A stretch of 62,946 nucleotides of DNA, filler included, from Anaerolineae bacterium (GTDB taxonomy: Bacteria; Chloroflexota; Anaerolineae; B4-G1; DUEL01): the NCBI GenBank assembly GCA_041082215.1. It is 6 parts of 6 records of this genome, joined end to end, with 100 filler letters (N's around TTAATTAATTAA, not from the genome) between each part and the next. Parts side by side here need not be neighbours in the genome. Positions count along the whole stretch, not along the records: positions 58,053 to 60,687 come from JBDOIF010000135.1; positions 60,788 to 62,946 come from JBDOIF010000170.1; 4 more parts are not named here. The stretch is one strand, 5' to 3'. Position 1 is the first letter of the stretch. Every line of letters begins with the position of its first letter. This document shows, piece after piece, positions 59,007 through 62,946 of the stretch. Under the pieces are notes generated by a model. It saw only the letters and a program-made list of their open reading frames with translations. It was not told the DNA's origin and ran no database searches. The translations under genes were made by a program, and so were the position numbers.

Positions 59007-59052
59007 TGCCTGACGTATGACGTATGACGTATGACGTATGACGTATAACGTG
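58997..59052 (+). repeat. Heptamer array (TGACGTA)x5 plus degenerate flanking units
   Basis: Counted directly; near reverse complement of the upstream array. Confidence 0.95.
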
Positions 59053-59067
59053 CAACGGGAGGAGACC

Positions 59068-60687
59068 ATGATCGGCATTATCTCCTACGGCGGCTACATC
59101 CCCCGGCTCCGGCTCAGCCGGGCCAGTATCGTGCAGAACATCGGCTGGCTGGCTCCGGCGATCATCACCGTCGCCCAGGGGGAGCGGTCCTTCTGCAACT
59201 GGGACGAAGATAGCCTCACCATGGCGGTGGCCGCGGCACGCGATTGCCTGACGGGGACCGAAAGGCAGGAGGTGGACGGCCTCTACCTGGCCTCCACAAC
59301 CCTCCCCTTCGCCGACCGGCTCAACGCCGGCATCGTCGCCACCGCCCTCAACCTGCGCGAGGACCTCCTCGCCGCCGATTTCACCTCGACGCAGCGGGCA
59401 GGGACCACGGCGCTGGTCGCCGCGCTGGAAGCGGTGCAGGGCGGAGCACGGAAGCGGGTGCTGGTGGCTGCATCAGACCGGCGGGAGGCAAAGGCTGGCT
59501 CCTTCTACGAGATGTGGTTCGGCGACGGGGCCGCCGCCCTGCTGGTGGGGGATGGGGACGTGATCGCCGGGTTCAAGGGCGCCCACTCCGTCTCCTGCGA
59601 CTTCGTGAGCCACTACCGGGGCGCGCTCCGCCGCTTCGATTACGCCTGGGAGGAGCGCTGGGTGCGGGATGAAGGGTATGCCCGGATCCTCCCCGAAGCC
59701 ATCCAGGGGCTCCTGAAGAAACTGAACCTCTCCATCGAAGAAGTGGACAAACTGGCCTACCCCTGCTTCATCAAACGGCAACACGGCCGCATCGGCCGGG
59801 AGCTGGGGGCCAAACCCGAACAGATCATGGACAACCTCCACGAACTCTGCGGCGAGACCGGAACCGCTCACCCGCTGGTCCTGCTGGTCCACGCCCTGGA
59901 GACGGCCCAGCCCGGCGAGCGGATCCTGGTGGCCGGCTTCGGCCAGGGCTGCGACGCTCTCCTCTTCGAGGTTACCGAAGCCATCCGGGACCTGCCCCCA
60001 CGGACCGGCATCCGTGGCTCGCTGGCGAACAAGAAGAGCACCGACAACTACCTCAAGTTCCTCAAGTTCCGCGACCTGATCGTCACCGAAGAAGGGATCC
60101 GGGCCGAGGCTCCAAAGCAGACGGCCATGACCACCCTCTGGCGGAAGCGGAAGATGATCCTGGGGCTGGTCGGCGGTCGGTGCACTGTCTGCGGCACGCC
60201 CCAGTTCCCCAGGATGGACATCTGTGCCAACCCCGACTGTGGCGCGGTGCACACCCAGGAGGACTACGAGTTCGCCGACCGGCCCGCTGTGGTCAGGTCC
60301 TTCACCGGCGACATGCTGGCCGTCTCTGTGGACCCGCCCGCCATCTATGGAATGGTCCAGTTCGAGGGGGGCGGCCGGATGATGGCCGACTTCACCGACT
60401 GCGAACTGGAGGAGGTGCGGGTGGGGATGCCGGTGCGGATGGTCTTCCGGCGGCACCACGTGGACGAGGAGCGCGGGTTTGTGGGGTATTTCTGGAAGGC
60501 GGCGCCCGTTGTGGAGGCGGGGAAGCGTGCCGAGAGGGAGATCCGCTTTGATGGTCGGGTGGCGGTGGTGACGGGCGCCGGACGCGGCCTGGGACGGGCC
60601 TACGCACTGGAGCTGGCCAAGCGCGGCGCCAAAGTCGTCGTCAACGACCCCGGCGTCGCTCCCGACGGCTCCGGCGGCTCCACCCAG
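59068..60687 (+). CDS. HMG-CoA-synthase-like + DUF35 + SDR fusion protein (3' truncated)
   Basis: [35 protein letters not shown]...C...C and [44 protein letters not shown]. Confidence 0.8.
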
Positions 60688-60787
60688 NNNNNNNNNNNNN
60701 NNNNNNNNNNNNNNNNNNNNNNNNNNNNNNNTTAATTAATTAANNNNNNNNNNNNNNNNNNNNNNNNNNNNNNNNNNNNNNNNNNNN
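60688..60787. other. Artificial contig linker
   Basis: N run + TTAATTAATTAA + N run. Confidence 0.98.
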
Positions 60788-61322
60788 CGACCAGGCTCCC
60801 CAGGAGCAGGTAGAGGGTCAGTTTCATCGCCCCGTACTCCCGCAGCGGCTTCCAGCCCCAGTTGACGATGAGCAGGTAGATTGGGAAGAGGACCAGTTCG
60901 TAGAAGAGGACGAGCAGGAAGAGGTCCAGGAGCGTGAACGCGCCGAAGACCCCCACGCCCATCAGCAAAAGGAGGGCGAAGAACTCGCGGGGCCGCTCTT
61001 CTATGTGCCAGGAGATGAGGACGGCGCAGAAGAGGAGCAGCGCGTTCAGCAGGACCAGCATCACCCCCATCCCGTTGACGCCCACGTAGTACGAGGAGCC
61101 GATGACGGGAAGCCAGGGCATCTGCTCCACGAACTGGTAGCCGCCGAGGGTCCGGTCGTAGGCCAGAAAGACCCAGACGGCCATGAAGAGGGAGATGAAG
61201 GCGCCGGCCGCCGCCAGCACCTTCGGCTCCGTCTGCCGGTCTTTGGGCAGAAGCAGAATCAAAACCGCCGCAATCGCCGGTGCGAAGATGATGACGCTGA
61301 GGAATGGGAAATTCATTGCCAC
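60788..61322 (-). CDS. nuoM: Complex I subunit M, second copy (3' truncated)
   Basis: YQFVEQMPWLP, YYVGVNG, DLFLLVLFYELVLFPIYLLI..WG. Confidence 0.8.
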
Positions 61323-61355
61323 CTCACCTCGTGAGTTCCTGGTTGAGGATGTTCT

Positions 61356-62915
61356 CTACCCAATCAACCGCATCACCGCCGCGTTGAACAGATTGATCAG
61401 CCACGACGGCCACACGCCAATGACGAACATCAGTACCATCAGCGGCGCCAGCGCCACAACCTCGCGGGCGTTAATCTCCGGCATCTTCTCCCAGCGCGGG
61501 TTCAGCGGCCCCAGGAGCACCTTCTGAATCATCCAGAGCAGGTAGGCCGCCACCAGCACCAGCCCAATCGTCGTGGCGGCGGTAATCGCCGGGAAGACTG
61601 CCCAGGCCCCCCGGAAGACCATAAACTCGCTGACGAAGCCGTTCAGACCCGGCAGCCCCAGCGAGGCCAGGGTGCAGAAGAGCAGAATGCCACCGTAGGC
61701 CGGGACCACCACTCCCAGCCCGCCGAAGTCCTTCAGGTTGCGGGTGTGGGCCCGCTCATAGACCACCCCGACCAGGGCGAACATCGCCGCCGCAGTGATG
61801 CCGTGGTTGAACATCTGCAGGACCGCGCCGTTGGCCGCCAGCGCCGCGTCCAGCGCGTTCACCCCGCCGCCCAGCGCCTTCGCCGCCACCGCGACCCCCA
61901 GCACCACGAAGCCCATATGTCCCACCGAGGAGTAGGCCACCAGCCGCTTGAAGTCGTCCTGGGCCAGCGCGGAGAGGCCGCCGACCACCGCCGCCAGCAG
62001 CCCCAGCAGCGCCAGCACCCACGCGTACTGCACCGACTGCTCCGGGAAGAGCGGGAGCACCAGCCGCAGGAAGCCGTAGGCCCCCAGTTTCAACAGCACC
62101 CCGGCCAGAATCATGGAGCCTGCCGTCGGTGCCTCGGTGTGGGCATCGGGCAGCCAGGTGTGGAAGGGCCAGATCGGGACCTTAATGGCGAAGGCAATAG
62201 TGAAAGCCCAGAATCCAATGGCCTTAATGACCGAAATAGGCAGGCCGAAGAGGGAGCCGGTGAACGCGGGCCAGATTTTCTGCAACTCCACGATGTCAAA
62301 AGTCTTTGCCGTCAGGCCGATGACCTGGATAGCCAGCAGCAGCCCCAGCGACCCCGCCATCGTGTAGAGCAGGAACTTGAAGGCCGCGTAGGTCCGCGCC
62401 GGGATTTTGTACCCCCGCCAGAGTTCCCGCTCCCCGTGTGCGCTCCCCCAGCGGTTGATGAGGAAGAACATCGGGATGAGCCCGATCTCCCAGAACAGGA
62501 AGAAGATGAGCAGGTCCAGCGCCACGAAGACCCCCAGCATCCCCGTCTCCAGGAACAGGAAGAGGGCGAAGTAGGAGCGGACCTCCTCGTGGATGCTGAA
62601 GGAGATCAGAAGCGCCAGCGGCGTGAGGAAGGTGGTGAGGAGCACCATCACCAGGCCGATGCCGTCAATCCCCACGTGGTACGAGGAGCCGATGAGCGGG
62701 AACCACTCCAGCCGCTCCTCAAACTGGAAGCCGGGTGCATCGGGCTGGAAATTGATCCACACGATGACCGACAGGGCCAGCGGGATCAGGCTGATGATCA
62801 GCGAGACCCACTTGATGAGCCGGTCCTGCTCCTTCGGCAGGAGCATCACCAATCCGGCCCCGACCAGAGGGACGAAGAGAATCAGGCTGAGCAGATGTTG
62901 CCAGAAGAACTCCAC
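61356..62915 (-). CDS. nuoM: Complex I subunit M
   Basis: GIDG, FWEIGLIPMFFLI, KVPIWPFHTWLPDAHTEAPTAGSMILAGVLLKLG, AYSSVGHMG, GLPGLNGFVSEF. Confidence 0.95.
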   Translation of the reverse strand: MEFFWQHLLSLILFVPLVGAGLVMLLPKEQDRLIKWVSLIISLIPLALSVIVWINFQPDAPGFQFEERLEWFPLIGSSYHVGIDGIGLVMVLLTTFLTPLALLISFSIHEEVRSYFALFLFLETGMLGVFVALDLLIFFLFWEIGLIPMFFLINRWGSAHGERELWRGYKIPARTYAAFKFLLYTMAGSLGLLLAIQVIGLTAKTFDIVELQKIWPAFTGSLFGLPISVIKAIGFWAFTIAFAIKVPIWPFHTWLPDAHTEAPTAGSMILAGVLLKLGAYGFLRLVLPLFPEQSVQYAWVLALLGLLAAVVGGLSALAQDDFKRLVAYSSVGHMGFVVLGVAVAAKALGGGVNALDAALAANGAVLQMFNHGITAAAMFALVGVVYERAHTRNLKDFGGLGVVVPAYGGILLFCTLASLGLPGLNGFVSEFMVFRGAWAVFPAITAATTIGLVLVAAYLLWMIQKVLLGPLNPRWEKMPEINAREVVALAPLMVLMFVIGVWPSWLINLFNAAVMRLIG

Positions 62916-62946
62916 GGTCGGACCTCCGTCATTGAGTTGCTTTGGC

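Overview
High-GC bacterial sequence, most likely Chloroflexota/Anaerolineae. That is an inference from the C-terminal YLPLVLR motif, the mevalonate kinase + isopentenyl phosphate kinase pair and tandem nuoM. The window is six contig pieces joined by artificial 100-nt N/TTAATTAATTAA/N linkers (21405-21504, 40919-41018, 53360-53459, 57953-58052, 60688-60787), so adjacency across the linkers means nothing. Most of it is housekeeping or metabolic: tRNA-Arg, ipk/mvk, GH4, copZ/copA, recJ, NfeD/SPFH, a PadR-led metal-cofactor operon, mrpA-G, thiolase-like/DUF35 genes, tyrS, glmU, cdd, a SAM-I riboswitch with an archaeal-type MAT, and two nuoM. The standout is a diversity-generating retroelement (avd-TR-RT at 53460-55279). 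Its variable region lies in a convergently oriented gene encoding a KAP-family P-loop NTPase fused to an FGE-type C-lectin domain, and 18 of the 19 TR/VR differences fall at TR adenines. Other notable items: a four-helix-bundle gene enclosed by complementary heptamer tandem arrays, several families of palindromic or tandem repeats that invade gene ends, and a candidate Tyr-codon leader-peptide attenuator upstream of tyrS.
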